Shown: positions 16,792 to 17,382 of the stretch, piece after piece
Layout of the letters: every line of letters begins with the position of its first letter
Numbering within the stretch: the stretch's first letter is position 1
From: Alphaproteobacteria bacterium
Lineage (GTDB): Bacteria; Pseudomonadota; Alphaproteobacteria; UBA6615
DNA: 17,382 bases
Assembly: GCA_965261975.1 (NCBI GenBank)
Contig: CBDHEC010000020.1
Coordinates: forward strand, 1-17,382
Reading direction: 5' to 3'
The notes under the pieces: model-generated
What the model was told of the DNA's origin: nothing
Database searches by the model: none
What the model saw: only the letters and a program-made list of their open reading frames with translations
Program-made: the position numbers and the translations under genes

Positions 16792-16891
16792 GTTCCTTCT
16801 CCCCGATTTTGTTTTGTCGTTGCGGCGACTATAGCGGCTGGGCTGAAGGCCGCCTACACTTCAGCGGCAAGGGAACCGGGAGAAGCGGGCG

Positions 16892-17382
16892 ATGGCACAA
16901 ACCCAAGCTGCGAGTGAAGACGTAATTCTGATGCGCGATGATGCCGACGGCATCGCAACCCTGACTCTGAATCGGCCGGGGTCCGGCAACAGTCTTTCGC
17001 ATGCGCTGGTCGATGAACTTTCATCGATGCTGCGGCAGATCGCGAACGACGAGGATGTGCGGGTGGTGGTGCTGGCCGCGACGGGAAAGCATTTCTGCAC
17101 GGGCCATGACCTGCAGGAATCCATTGCGACCGAAACTGGAGACGAGAAACGCGCATCGAACGCGGCGTGTAACGCCATGATGCAGGCGATTGTCGCCCTG
17201 CCACAGCCGGTTATCGCCAAGGTGCATGGCACTGCCACCGCTTCGGGTTGCGAACTCATGGCGAGTTGCGACCTGGCCGTTGCCGCGCGCTCGGCGCGTT
17301 TCGCAACGCCGGGCGTGAATATCGGTTTCTGGTGTTACACGCCGCAGGTGGCCTTGAGCCGGGCCGTGTCGCGCAAGCATGC
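16892..17382 (+). CDS. Enoyl-CoA hydratase/crotonase family protein (ECHDC3-like), 3' end outside the window
   Basis: Absent from the ORF track because no stop codon falls in the window. Manual translation gives MAQTQAASEDVILMRDDADGIATLTLNRP...NSLS...VRVVVLAATGKHFCTGHDL...LPQPVIAKVHGTATASGCELMASCDLAVAA...FATPGVNIGFWCYTPQVALSRAV. Confidence 0.9.
   Translation, partial: MAQTQAASEDVILMRDDADGIATLTLNRPGSGNSLSHALVDELSSMLRQIANDEDVRVVVLAATGKHFCTGHDLQESIATETGDEKRASNAACNAMMQAIVALPQPVIAKVHGTATASGCELMASCDLAVAARSARFATPGVNIGFWCYTPQVALSRAVSRKH

Noticed and set aside
719-16917. Long antisense or alternative-frame ORFs (e.g. 719-1687, 3073-4113, 5134-6669, 7036-7896, 8492-9358, 10387-11496, 12281-13129, 14945-15925, 15862-16917)
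   Set aside because: These are shadow ORFs of well-supported genes in high-GC DNA and carry no recognisable motifs.

Overview
GC-rich, gene-dense catabolic and redox region. Gene content and promoter style suggest an alphaproteobacterium (inference). On the + strand, 92-10561 holds a degenerate receiver-like protein, an LVIVD-repeat protein, a lone MalG-type ABC permease, two tandem luciferase-like (LLM) monooxygenases, a lone xanthine-dehydrogenase-family Mo subunit, a DMT transporter, a Gfo/Idh/MocA oxidoreductase and a double-hotdog hydratase. On the - strand, 12994-10566 is an operon of a glutathione S-transferase, a tandem two-domain YciI protein and a ketopantoate-reductase-like enzyme. 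Then come a secreted MBL-fold hydrolase (+), two lipoprotein genes (-, one disrupted), two tandem beta-hydroxyacid dehydrogenases (-) and the 5' part of an enoyl-CoA hydratase (+). The best signal is the GST, which the ORF track truncates. It very probably starts at ATG 12994 and has an in-frame TGA (12958-12956) at the catalytic Cys position (T-U-P-W-V-Q-R). A bacterial SECIS-like hairpin follows the TGA, and a near-consensus promoter and RBS precede the gene, so it is a probable selenoprotein heading an uncharacterised operon. No mobile elements, CRISPR arrays or rRNA/tRNA genes were seen. All family assignments come from motif recognition by eye, not from database searches.
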